The notes below the pieces were generated by a model, which did not search any database, was not told where the DNA came from, and was given only the letters and a program-made list of their open reading frames with translations. From positions 20,499 to 84,498 of the IMG/VR virus record IMGVR_UViG_3300009506_003033: a DNA stretch of 64,000 nt. One strand, written 5' to 3'. This document shows positions 18,804 through 27,880 of this stretch, one piece after another. Source of the DNA: a virus. The stretch's first letter is position 1, and each line of letters begins with the position of its first letter. The translations under genes and the position numbers were made by a program.

Positions 18804-18966
18804 GCAATTATGTCGATGGTCAAAAGAGCAGTGATGAATCATCGGCTATTGATTCGCATTCTGTCATGAGGTCATTATACCAAGTCTTCACTTTCGATGA
18901 ATTGCGACAGATGCGGAGGGACGTGCAATATTGTCGCTGTTCTTGGGTTCTCGTGGCTGAATTCAA

Positions 18967-19182
18967 ATGAGGTATACGATGTTGTGGCAGCTGCACTGGC
19001 AAGACGTCGATACTGGAAAGCTAGAATTTCGAGAACAGCGAGATTTTCCAGACGGCGAGACGCATTTTGATTTTGCCTTATGGTGGAAAGGAGTGAACGA
19101 ACGTCATCCATTGCCAGCAAACAAGAGGTGGTTTGTTTGTAACGAATTAGCTCCAGAATTTATAAAGGAGTGTGAAAGATGA
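18967..19182 (+). CDS. Hypothetical protein
   Basis: Translationally coupled 71-aa ORF. Confidence 0.5.
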   Translation: MRYTMLWQLHWQDVDTGKLEFREQRDFPDGETHFDFALWWKGVNERHPLPANKRWFVCNELAPEFIKECER

Positions 19183-20168
19183 GCGATGATTTACCAAAAG
19201 CACACGCACGGTTCAGGGCATTTCACGAGAGGTTCCCGCTGCCGGAGGATAAATTCACGGCACTCAAGGAAGACATCGTGCGAACGAAACAGGTGCGCGA
19301 TCCGTTGGTGACGTGGAAAGGCTGTCTCGTCGACGGGTACACCAGGGCCGAGATCATCGAGTCGGAGGGCATCAATATCTGGTCGAGCGAAGCGTTGGAT
19401 CCGGACTGGTCGGAGGATCGGGTCTACGAATGGGTGATCGTGAATCAGTGTGCTCGACGGAACCTCACGGAGCAGCAGATGGAGCTGGTTTGGGGGGAGC
19501 GATACAACCTCGAGAAGGCGAAAGATCACACCGAAAACTTGCCAGTCACTACGGGGGATGTCGAACCAAGCGGTAAAAATTACCGCTTGGGAGAAACTCC
19601 GGGGAAAACGCAAAAAACGACAAACGGAACCGGAAAGAAGAGGGGGAGACCGAAAACGTCGGAACGGATCGCGAAAGAGGCAGGCAAATCCGAAAAAACG
19701 GTGCGGACATGGGGGAAGCATCAGCAGATATTCGAGAGTCTCCCATCGCTCGTTCAGCGGGCGGTCACGAAGAGTCCGAAAAAACTCACCGATAGCCAGT
19801 GGAAGGCCCTGGATAGATGCGAGGGCATCGAAGGTGTGGAGCGGGCATTGCGGGTAGGCCAAGCGGACAATTTGGCGACTGCATACAAGGTTGCCACGGG
19901 AAAAGAATTTGCGGGCATGAAATCGAAACCGAAACAGAAAGGGGAATCGGAACAAACGCAGGATGATGGGCCCCTCACGGAGATTCAGATTGTCAAGCAG
20001 ATCGACGGGATCCGCAAATCTATCGTAAAGCATCGAGCAGCCATGGGATTGTGGACGGAGGCCGGATTGAAGCTGCCAGAAGTCAAACAAATCAGGCTAA
20101 TCATGGCGGCCCTGGATATCCACGTGTATCAACCATTAGGACAACTGGAAGAGGCATTGAAGAAATGA
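19179..20168 (+). CDS. ParB-like N-terminal domain protein with HTH
   Basis: LKEDI..DPLVTW..LVDGYTR..NQCARRNLT; ERIAKEAGKSEKTVR. Confidence 0.75.
   Translation: MSDDLPKAHARFRAFHERFPLPEDKFTALKEDIVRTKQVRDPLVTWKGCLVDGYTRAEIIESEGINIWSSEALDPDWSEDRVYEWVIVNQCARRNLTEQQMELVWGERYNLEKAKDHTENLPVTTGDVEPSGKNYRLGETPGKTQKTTNGTGKKRGRPKTSERIAKEAGKSEKTVRTWGKHQQIFESLPSLVQRAVTKSPKKLTDSQWKALDRCEGIEGVERALRVGQADNLATAYKVATGKEFAGMKSKPKQKGESEQTQDDGPLTEIQIVKQIDGIRKSIVKHRAAMGLWTEAGLKLPEVKQIRLIMAALDIHVYQPLGQLEEALKK
19566..19590. promoter_or_regulatory. Intragenic dyad (copy 2)
   Basis: CCAAGCGGTAA-AAA-TTACCGCTTGG. Confidence 0.55.
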
Positions 20169-20373
20169 TTGAATTCCGGGACTACAAACAGAAGGCAGCA
20201 GCAATATCACTCAGCGAAATTCGTAATCTAGAGATTCAGTGTCCGGGAGGACAGTGGTGCATGTGTTGTGGTTCTGGTTGTACTTGCGGCTGTCGCGATG
20301 AATGTCCCGTGTTTTTGGCGGCTGGACGTCGTTTCATCTTCGAACAGTCAGCCAACCAATTGCAGAAAGATAA

Positions 20374-21885
20374 TTGATGTCGATTGAACTCCGAGACTAC
20401 CAGCAGCGAGCGATACAAGCCACGCATGAGGCACTGAGACGTGTCAATCGCGTGGTGCTTGTAGCTCCCACGGGCAGTGGCAAGAATTTTTTGTGTAGGT
20501 GGTGGTGCGATGCAATTCCAAAGCGAAATCGAAGACTGGCTATCATTACCCACAGACGAGTTCTCGTATTCCAAATGTCACGACACTGTCAAAATTCTGG
20601 CATTGATCATGGCATTCGCATGGGTGACGATACGACCAATATCGAGGCCCCAGTCCAAATCTGTTCAATCGATACACTCCATTCGCGAGGCAAAGAATTC
20701 TATCCATCAGCAGACTGGGTGATCATTGACGAAATCCACTGTAACGAACAACGGTACGCCAAACTGCTAGAGCATTATCCGAGGGCCAAAATTGTCGGCT
20801 TGACGGCTACACCGGCCAACGAACGTGGAGAGCGTCTGAGCATACCGGAAGAGATAGTTGAACCAGTCTGCAACAGCGATTTGATACCGAAATGGTTGTT
20901 GCCAACTCGGGTTTATCAGATTTGTGACGTTGAAACGAAAGGAATAGGTACGTCAAATGGTGAGTGGAACCAAGAAGAACTCGGCAAGCGACTCGAAAAA
21001 GGATTCTCTGCAATCGATCTATGGAAACACTGGAAGCCATTTTCCGATCGACAAACTATTGTCTGGGTTCCAAGAGTTGCGTTTGCCAGAGGACTTGCCG
21101 ATCAGTTCGTCGAACGAGGATATTCTGCGGAGGTATTGGTTGCTTCCACAGACAACTCGGAACGCGATTCGATGTTTTCACGGTTTCAATCTGGAACACT
21201 TAGAGTGATTATTGGCGTTCAGATCCCGACAATCGGCCTGGACCTACCGATAGCCAGCTGCGGCATCGATTTACAGCCGAGTAGACAGTTGCGCAATTGG
21301 TGGCAAAAGCTAGGCAGAACGCGACGGCAGCACGGCGACCAGCAGGACGCAGTGCTTCTGGATTGCGGTGGCAACTACTGGAGGCATCAGATTCATCCCG
21401 ACGAGGATCCACCCTGGCCAACTGACGGTAAGACGACGGCCGAATTGCTGAAAGAACGTCGAGAGCGCACAGAGACGGCCGGTAAAGAGCCCTGGGAGTG
21501 TCCCATCTGCAAATACTCACTCGCTCCGTGGGAACGCCTGCACGACAATAAGTGCCCAAATTGCGGCCACGAGCTGGCTCGGGCGAAGCGGCGGATCATC
21601 ATGGGCGATGGAACCATGAGAGAAGTCACGGCGAAATCTCAGCGAGTCAAGAAACAATCTGAACACGTCAAAGTGTGGTTGTCGTGTCTGTACATCGCCG
21701 CCAATACTCACAAAACAGTTGGATTCGCATCTTGGCTATTCAAAAAACGCACGAACAAGTGGCCGCAGAGTACGGACGTAGCGTCAGCGATGAAGGGCTC
21801 TATGGCACTTCCACCGCCGAATAGTGCAGACTGGAAATTGCCGGTGGCCATGCTATATCCACAGCTACGAAGGAAACCACGATGA
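20374..21885 (+). CDS. Superfamily 2 DNA helicase with C-terminal Zn ribbon
   Basis: LRDYQ, APTGSGK, DEIH, TATP, QKLGRTRR, two CxxC. Confidence 0.9.
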   Translation: MMSIELRDYQQRAIQATHEALRRVNRVVLVAPTGSGKNFLCRWWCDAIPKRNRRLAIITHRRVLVFQMSRHCQNSGIDHGIRMGDDTTNIEAPVQICSIDTLHSRGKEFYPSADWVIIDEIHCNEQRYAKLLEHYPRAKIVGLTATPANERGERLSIPEEIVEPVCNSDLIPKWLLPTRVYQICDVETKGIGTSNGEWNQEELGKRLEKGFSAIDLWKHWKPFSDRQTIVWVPRVAFARGLADQFVERGYSAEVLVASTDNSERDSMFSRFQSGTLRVIIGVQIPTIGLDLPIASCGIDLQPSRQLRNWWQKLGRTRRQHGDQQDAVLLDCGGNYWRHQIHPDEDPPWPTDGKTTAELLKERRERTETAGKEPWECPICKYSLAPWERLHDNKCPNCGHELARAKRRIIMGDGTMREVTAKSQRVKKQSEHVKVWLSCLYIAANTHKTVGFASWLFKKRTNKWPQSTDVASAMKGSMALPPPNSADWKLPVAMLYPQLRRKPR

Positions 21886-22070
21886 ATCAAGACGACACCG
21901 ATGCAAATGTCGTGCAGTGTTGGCGATGTTTAACACGGATCTTAGTCCGAGAAGGCGTGATTATCGAACATGAATACGTTGAAGGCGAGTTTCGTCCAGT
22001 GCATGAGATGTGTGCTGAACAACGGGTCATGAATGGCCACATGCCAGATGTAACTGATTGATTGTTTTTC

Positions 22071-22322
22071 CTAAGGATTGTGGCTAACTTCTCCCATTGT
22101 GGTCGGATTCTTGGATGAAGATCGACAGAGAAGTTCATCGGTCGTACATTTCAGGCAGTCTGCCAAGAGCACGAGTTGAAGAGTCGTCGGAAGTCGTTTG
22201 TCTCGTTCAAAGTCCGACAAAGTACCCTGGCTAATTCCCGTCTGTCTTGCGATCTCCAGTTGTGTCAGTCCCCGGAGCACACGCAGATTTTTGAGAATTT
22301 CACCAGTGGTTTGCTCTTCCAT
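22071..22322 (-). CDS. Cro/C1-type HTH transcriptional regulator
   Basis: LKNLRVLRGLTQLEIARQTGISQGTLSDFER..LADCL. Confidence 0.85.
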   Translation of the reverse strand: MEEQTTGEILKNLRVLRGLTQLEIARQTGISQGTLSDFERDKRLPTTLQLVLLADCLKCTTDELLCRSSSKNPTTMGEVSHNP

Positions 22323-22371
22323 GGCTTGACGCCTATCGAACGATGTGATAACGTGCATTGCTATACTAGAC

Positions 22372-23433
22372 ATGCAGTTTAGCAAATTCATGGTCGGATT
22401 CAAAGTACAAATCGTAGCCGTCGTTCTGGTACTGGCCTCGTGGACATCTACCAGTGCCGAGCGGTGCATCGTTTTCGCCCAAGGTGCAGGCGGATGGTTC
22501 CGTGGAATGGGTGTGCTGGTAGCCAAGGAAGGCACTCGTGGCCTCGTGATGTCGGCGAAGCACGTTGTCCGAAATGCACGCGGTTCTGTGATTTGCCGAT
22601 TTGTTGGCGGTGATGTGCGAGTGAGTCAAGTGTTGCGTGTCCCGAATGCAGATATTTGCGGCATGTTGATTGACAATGTACCCGCAAGGGCAGAGCCGAC
22701 ATCGTTTGCCGAAGAAGCGCCAAGTGGCAGCGTTGGCACATTTCGAGGTCAGGCTCCGATCACTGTGCAAAATGTGTCGAGCCTGAACGGTTTGCCTCAA
22801 ATCGGATGGCTTGCATCTAGTCCACAAGGGGATTCAGGTGGACCGGTATACAACAGCAATCACGAAGTCGTCGGCATTCTTTGGGGATCCGATGGAAGAA
22901 CATCGATGTCGGAGAGCTATGCGACGGCGCGATGGGCATATGTGCAATTTTGTCAGGCATGGAATTTTCCATGTCCGAGTTGCCAACCGTTACCTTCTGG
23001 GAGGATGGTTGTAGTCCGGCCGACGCAACCGGCTGCTCCTGCTGGTAGTTCAACTCAAGTCGGTCCCTCACAGGCGACGCTGTCGCAGGAGCAGCTTCTA
23101 AACACTCTGTTGGAAAGGATGGCCAAGGATGAAAGGTTCCGGGGAGTTGCCGGACCCAGTGGGCCTCCTGGCCCGATCGGTCCTGCTGGTGGCGATGGCA
23201 GAGATGGATCTGTGGGTGCTCAGGGACCTCGCGGACCTGTTGGAGAACCTGGCCCGCCAGGACAAGATATCGACGCGAGCGGTGCTATGGCAGCGATTGC
23301 AGCAATCGGCAATCGAATTGATGATCTGACGTTTACCGTCGAGGTTGTTCAACCCGACGGAACTGTTGACACCGGTGTTGTTGTGCACGTCGACGGAGGC
23401 GTGCTCCGTATTAACCTTTCTGGAAAGGAGTAA
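22372..23433 (+). CDS. Secreted trypsin-like serine protease with collagen-like repeat
   Basis: Signal peptide, SAKHVV, ADI, QGDSGGPV triad motifs, (Gly-X-Y)n stretch. Confidence 0.85.
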   Translation: MQFSKFMVGFKVQIVAVVLVLASWTSTSAERCIVFAQGAGGWFRGMGVLVAKEGTRGLVMSAKHVVRNARGSVICRFVGGDVRVSQVLRVPNADICGMLIDNVPARAEPTSFAEEAPSGSVGTFRGQAPITVQNVSSLNGLPQIGWLASSPQGDSGGPVYNSNHEVVGILWGSDGRTSMSESYATARWAYVQFCQAWNFPCPSCQPLPSGRMVVVRPTQPAAPAGSSTQVGPSQATLSQEQLLNTLLERMAKDERFRGVAGPSGPPGPIGPAGGDGRDGSVGAQGPRGPVGEPGPPGQDIDASGAMAAIAAIGNRIDDLTFTVEVVQPDGTVDTGVVVHVDGGVLRINLSGKE

Positions 23434-23438
23434 TTCCA

Positions 23439-23765
23439 ATGGCTATTCCGGCCCCGACATCAGACGCTGATGCCATGTGGACCATGAACCTCAAGGCAAT
23501 CGCCGATAGCGGAGCATCACTTATTATGGGTGCTGCTCAAGACGTGAAGCTGAGTCAGGCTAGGCTTGCGATCCTTGGCGAGAACCTGCTGGCCCGCGCT
23601 GGCACGACTTTGGTTCAGCCCGATCCTATCGAGGCGGCTGCGACCAAGCAGATTTTGACGGGTAACGCGATGGGCGACAATGCACTTGTGACGGCTCTCG
23701 CAGCGATTCTATCGAAGGTCAGCTACGGGTTCCCAAATCCGATTCCGGCCGGCGGTACGAGCTAA
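23439..23765 (+). CDS. Ala-rich hypothetical protein
   Basis: AAGGAG RBS; followed by hairpins. Confidence 0.65.
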   Translation: MAIPAPTSDADAMWTMNLKAIADSGASLIMGAAQDVKLSQARLAILGENLLARAGTTLVQPDPIEAAATKQILTGNAMGDNALVTALAAILSKVSYGFPNPIPAGGTS

Positions 23766-23840
23766 TCGCGTGCCGTAGAGGCACGTCTACGGCTGCGATA
23801 AACCTTCACCGGTGGCGTGCCACGCCGCTGGAGGTTTTTA

Positions 23841-24173
23841 ATGACTGCCAAATTCAATATCGAAGTTCCGGTGACGCTGATCTTTCAGCCTGGTCTCGTT
23901 CTGTTGAAAGCTGGATCTCAGACTTTCAATCTCGCAGCGATTGACACCATTGATGAATTTCGTGTATTGCTGTACGGACTCGCATCTGGGGCCATACAAT
24001 CAATAGCTGGCGATTCTGCGACCAGAGTTGTTGCTCCATCCGACGCCAAGCAAACTGCGGAGGCTGCCGATATAATGGCGGATGCCTTTCGCCGACAGGC
24101 CCAGCGGTCACATCAAAATCTCAAGGAAGCTCAAGAGACTTATGAGGCTGCCGTTGCTGGACTCACCAAGTGA
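23841..24173 (+). CDS. Hypothetical protein
   Basis: GGAGG RBS. Confidence 0.55.
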   Translation: MTAKFNIEVPVTLIFQPGLVLLKAGSQTFNLAAIDTIDEFRVLLYGLASGAIQSIAGDSATRVVAPSDAKQTAEAADIMADAFRRQAQRSHQNLKEAQETYEAAVAGLTK

Positions 24174-25366
24174 ACCAACAGTAACCGCTACTGAAAAGGT
24201 TGCCGAACTACTGAAGTTTCGCCAGGACAAAAGCGAAGCTCTGAAGGAAATTCTCCGCGAATTGACAGAATACGAAGGTCGGCAAGATGCGAGGATGAAA
24301 GATTTTCTCGATTATTCGCAGCAATGGATTGCAAAGCAGAAGGAATTGGCAAATGGATGACTTTGGTAGAGAAGAAATTATTGGCATACTTGAAAGAATT
24401 GTGTCGATACAAGTAAGCATGAAAAATCTTCTGGACTCAGATTACACACAACCGATAAATGAACAACTCGCATGTGTAACGAATGACATCGATCTCGTTT
24501 TGGCTGATTTACGAGATGCCAGACGTATAGTTCATAAAAAGGAGTTGGCAAGTGAATGATTTCGACATCGCAGTCGATGATGATATTGCTGAACTTGTTG
24601 AATCAGGTAAACTGGACCCGTGGAAAGCCGGTCAGTGTCAGCTCCGACGCGATGTCGCAGAACTCAAAACACAATTGCGAGATGACATCGCAGTCCTTCA
24701 AAAAAAAATGGAAGATCGAATCACAAAGGACAGTTGGCTCAAAATCCGAAGAAGAAATCCTACTGGCTGATCGCGGTCTTGATCTTGGCATTCATCGCCG
24801 AGGCCATCATCGGATACTTAATACTGGATCAAGGATTTCTACCGACAATGAATCAACAACAGCCAATTCACATCAAACTGGAGACGCGATGAATCCAAAC
24901 GAAAATCATCAATTGATCATAGGCGGGATCACTTTGATTTCAGACGGACGTTTGGCCACTGTGACGAGTCCAGTGTGTGTTTATGAGAATCTGACGCCGG
25001 AAAACGTGCAGGAATTTTGGAATCTGGCCCGATCGAGAGGAGACATCGTAAACGCGATGGATGAATTCCGCGACAAGATGTCTTCGATCTTGATTGATAT
25101 AGGCAACGTTCGACAAGCAAAGGCTAAAGGAAATCCAGATGTCAGCATCGATCAATCCACGAAGTAATTTGCTCCGAACAGCACTTCCAAACGAACACGT
25201 GGCGAATTTTCTTCAAGGTCGCAAAGACATGCCAACGCTGCTTGGCACCATCGAATACATGGATGCTGAGATGGCACGTCTAGAAAGCGAGCTGCGAGCA
25301 GTGGAACATCAGAGACCGGGATGCCCGAAGAAATCTGATAATAACGACTGAAAGGAACAGAATCCA

Positions 25367-25708
25367 ATGAAACTGGCTGTTATCGCATCGTTTGTGGCAA
25401 TACTCTTCCTTGTCAGCGCATGTAGTGCTGACGTCATTTATCGTCCCGGATTGCTTCCGGGCGTTTGGTGGGGAATTCAGCCGGCGGGGCCACCGATCAC
25501 AGTGCAACCGATGCAACGAGTTCGCATTCGTGTTTTTCGGCCATGGTTCTTGGCTGTGCCGCCGGTCATTCAGTACCCACGAGGACCATATTCACCGGTT
25601 CAGGTAATGCCAGGATCATCGGCGCCAACGTGGGGCGAATATCAGGGTCGATGGGGATGGGGAGTCATTCCACAGCAGAATTCAACCGTAACCAAAGAGG
25701 AGCAATGA
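25367..25708 (+). CDS. Small secreted Pro/Trp-rich protein
   Basis: MKLAVIASFVAILFLVSACSA signal peptide. Confidence 0.6.
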   Translation: MKLAVIASFVAILFLVSACSADVIYRPGLLPGVWWGIQPAGPPITVQPMQRVRIRVFRPWFLAVPPVIQYPRGPYSPVQVMPGSSAPTWGEYQGRWGWGVIPQQNSTVTKEEQ

Positions 25709-25998
25709 TGGCAGGACGAGGAAAGAAAGTGTGCCCAGAATGCAGTTCAGAATGCGGCACGAGAAGCAAAGAGTGTCCGAGTTGCAGTCATGTGTTCGCG
25801 GCCAGACGCGAATCGAAGAGGCCGCGAGTGCCAACTGATGCCGAACTAAAGGCACAAGATGTTTCCAGCAACGGAGCCATGATCCAGGCATCGAATGCCT
25901 TGGCGGCAATTGAGGCCGCTCGAAAATTGGTAGACTGTTGCAGCGGAGACGCGGCAGCCGCGAACGAGTTGATTCTATCTATGATCGGCCAAGATTAA
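25705..25998 (+). CDS. Zn-ribbon protein
   Basis: GKKVCPECSSECGTRSKECPSCSHVF. Confidence 0.65.
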   Translation: MMAGRGKKVCPECSSECGTRSKECPSCSHVFAARRESKRPRVPTDAELKAQDVSSNGAMIQASNALAAIEAARKLVDCCSGDAAAANELILSMIGQD

Positions 25999-26012
25999 AG
26001 AGTCGATGGTCG

Positions 26013-26078
26013 CGAGGCACGATGGACTGCCCCGTCTCGGCTTGGAGCGATGTCGGGACGGGGTTGCCTCGCTTTTTG
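26013..26078 (+). terminator. Bulged stem-loop with U-tract
   Basis: GCGAGGCA..CCCCGTC / GACGGGG..TGCCTCGC followed by TTTTT. Confidence 0.55.
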
Positions 26079-26088
26079 AAAGCAACTC

Positions 26089-26763
26089 ATGCCTGTTTTC
26101 TGTCTTTGCACCGGCCGCTGCGGATCGCAATCTATAGTTGATCTGCTGAAGCGAAACGGCGTCGAAGGCTGTCATCACGAGAAATATCCGGCACTCTTTC
26201 GTGAAGCAATCGGTTATTATTACGGGCTCTACAGTCGGGATCGAATCGTAGCGAAGTTGCGAGAGACGCGGCAGGGCGTGTTCTTCGAGGCCAACAACAA
26301 ACTCTTTCCGTTGGCCAAGCCTCTTTTTCAGGCGTTTCCCGACGCCAAGTTCATGGTTCTGCATCGCGACGGCAGAGAAGTAGTGCGGTCGGCTCTTCAG
26401 AGCAATTGGTATCATCCCAAAGATCCCTATGGCATGTTGAGGCTCGGTGCGAGGATGAGAATCTCGCAGTTCAAGAAGGTGTGTCGATATTGGTCTGAAG
26501 TTTACCGGCGCATCTACGATGATCTGGCATCGCTGGATTGTGAATTCATTGAAGTACGATTCGATGAATTGATCAAAGGCAAATTGGCGGATCAGCTCGG
26601 CAAGTTCATCGGCAGGAGGCTAAGACTTCGCGTGCCGCGGAGACTGCACCGCACGAAGCGATGGACGGTGAAACCATACGCGCAGTGGAAGCCCGAGCGG
26701 CAGCGAGAATTTCGGAGCATCTGCGGCCCGATGATGGAACGGCTGGGATATTCTTTCGATTGA
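26089..26763 (+). CDS. Sulfotransferase family protein
   Basis: TGRCGSQ (5'-PSB loop), FPDAKFMVLHRDGREVVRS, RFDEL, MERLGY. Confidence 0.85.
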   Translation: MPVFCLCTGRCGSQSIVDLLKRNGVEGCHHEKYPALFREAIGYYYGLYSRDRIVAKLRETRQGVFFEANNKLFPLAKPLFQAFPDAKFMVLHRDGREVVRSALQSNWYHPKDPYGMLRLGARMRISQFKKVCRYWSEVYRRIYDDLASLDCEFIEVRFDELIKGKLADQLGKFIGRRLRLRVPRRLHRTKRWTVKPYAQWKPERQREFRSICGPMMERLGYSFD

Positions 26764-26768
26764 CGGTA

Positions 26769-26796
26769 TTGACAGAATATCGCAGTCGTTTATAAT
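26769..26796 (+). promoter_or_regulatory. Sigma70 consensus promoter of the RAMP/array locus
   Basis: TTGACA-16-TATAAT. Confidence 0.85.
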
Positions 26797-26806
26797 CTGG
26801 TTTATA

Positions 26807-26910
26807 CGGTGTGGCAGCCGAAGAGTCCGGAGAGCCAAAACCCTTCGGTGTTCGCAACGAGCGCTTCTCCGGTGCTCACTGCCACGCGGTCACCGAAGGG
26901 TTTTTGTTTT
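26807..26910 (+). ncRNA. C4/CI-like leader RNA, copy 4
   Basis: a=GTGGCAG, b=CCGGAGA; stem AAAACCCTTCGGTG/CACCGAAGGGTTTT encloses loop TCTCCGG and bulge CTGCCAC; U-tract. Confidence 0.7.
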
Positions 26911-26916
26911 GATGGA

Positions 26917-27105
26917 GACGGGGCGCGGCGTGGCGCGGCGAGGCATGGCAGGGCGGGGCGGGGCCAGGCAAGGCGAGGCAGGCGTGGCATGGCAGGCGAG
27001 GCAGGCAGGGCTTGGCATGGCAGGCGAGGCGAGGCGCGGCGAGGCGAGGCAGGCAGGGCACGGCAGGGCATGGCAGGGCCAGGCAGGGCGAGGCAGGCAT
27101 GGTTT
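26917..27105 (+). repeat. GGY-NN pentamer array 1 (putative guide RNA array)
   Basis: GGC-GC GGC-GT GGC-GC GGC-GA GGC-AT... with GGCA phase breaks. Confidence 0.9.
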
Positions 27106-27107
27106 TC

Positions 27108-27139
27108 GTCCGATGTGAGTGCATCGGACACTTTTTTCC
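27108..27139 (+). terminator. Hairpin closing array 1
   Basis: GTCCGATG-TGAGTG-CATCGGAC followed by ACTTTTTT. Confidence 0.7.
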
Positions 27140-27175
27140 TTTACTGCTGGCACAGGCCAGCAAGGAGTTATTGTC

Positions 27176-27865
27176 ATGGCAAAGGCCAAGAAACCAGAAG
27201 GTACGATCGAACTTCAGCGGCTCGAAGAGGCCATTCTTGAGGTGCCCATCATCGGCAAGACACCGTTGATCCCGCACAAATGGTCGGAGAAGGCCAAAGG
27301 CATGATGCCAGGGCATCCTGATCGAGACAAAGTGAAAGCCGATAAGGGTACTCGCGATCCAGCAAAGGAAGCCGAGTCCTGCCAGTACAAACTCGGCGAA
27401 CAGTACGCAGTTCCCGCTACTGCGTTCAAAGCGGCTATGATTGGTGCTTGTCGATTCTTCGAGAAGCCTACGATGGTCGAAGCCAAATCGCTGGTGTACG
27501 TCGAAGGTTCTGGCGCTGATCAGCTTGTCGAATTCGACTACAAGGACAAAGAGTTGCACGAGGATACTCCTCGCAACTCAAATGGCAGCGCCGATCTGCG
27601 GTATCGATACTATTTCACGAACTGGTCAGCTGTTCTGCGAATCTTGTACGTGCCGAAGATCATCTCCCGAGAGTCCATCATTGCTCTTGTTGATGCTGCG
27701 GGCCGCGGAGGCATCGGCGATTGGCGGCCGAGTGCCCCAAAGTCGATGACGGGAACGTACGGCACGTGGCGAGTCGATGATCGCGGCACGATCAGAGACA
27801 TCGATCCGAAAGATGTTGACAAGACATCGCCTAAACCAAAGCGGAAAGCATCAAAAGCAATCTGA
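27176..27865 (+). CDS. Stand-alone RAMP/Cas7-like RNA-binding protein (229 aa)
   Basis: Beta1 ILEVPIIGKTPLIPH; YAVPATAFKAAM (compare RAMP IPGSSLKG); C-terminal Gly-rich loop GRGGIGDWRP..GTYGTWRV; AAGGAG RBS. Confidence 0.75.
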   Translation: MAKAKKPEGTIELQRLEEAILEVPIIGKTPLIPHKWSEKAKGMMPGHPDRDKVKADKGTRDPAKEAESCQYKLGEQYAVPATAFKAAMIGACRFFEKPTMVEAKSLVYVEGSGADQLVEFDYKDKELHEDTPRNSNGSADLRYRYYFTNWSAVLRILYVPKIISRESIIALVDAAGRGGIGDWRPSAPKSMTGTYGTWRVDDRGTIRDIDPKDVDKTSPKPKRKASKAI

Positions 27866-27880
27866 TGTTTTGCGGTTGAA

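Noticed and set aside
19191-20090. 299-aa minus-strand ORF and similar long antisense ORFs
   Set aside because: Antisense to well-supported genes, with no motifs or RBS.
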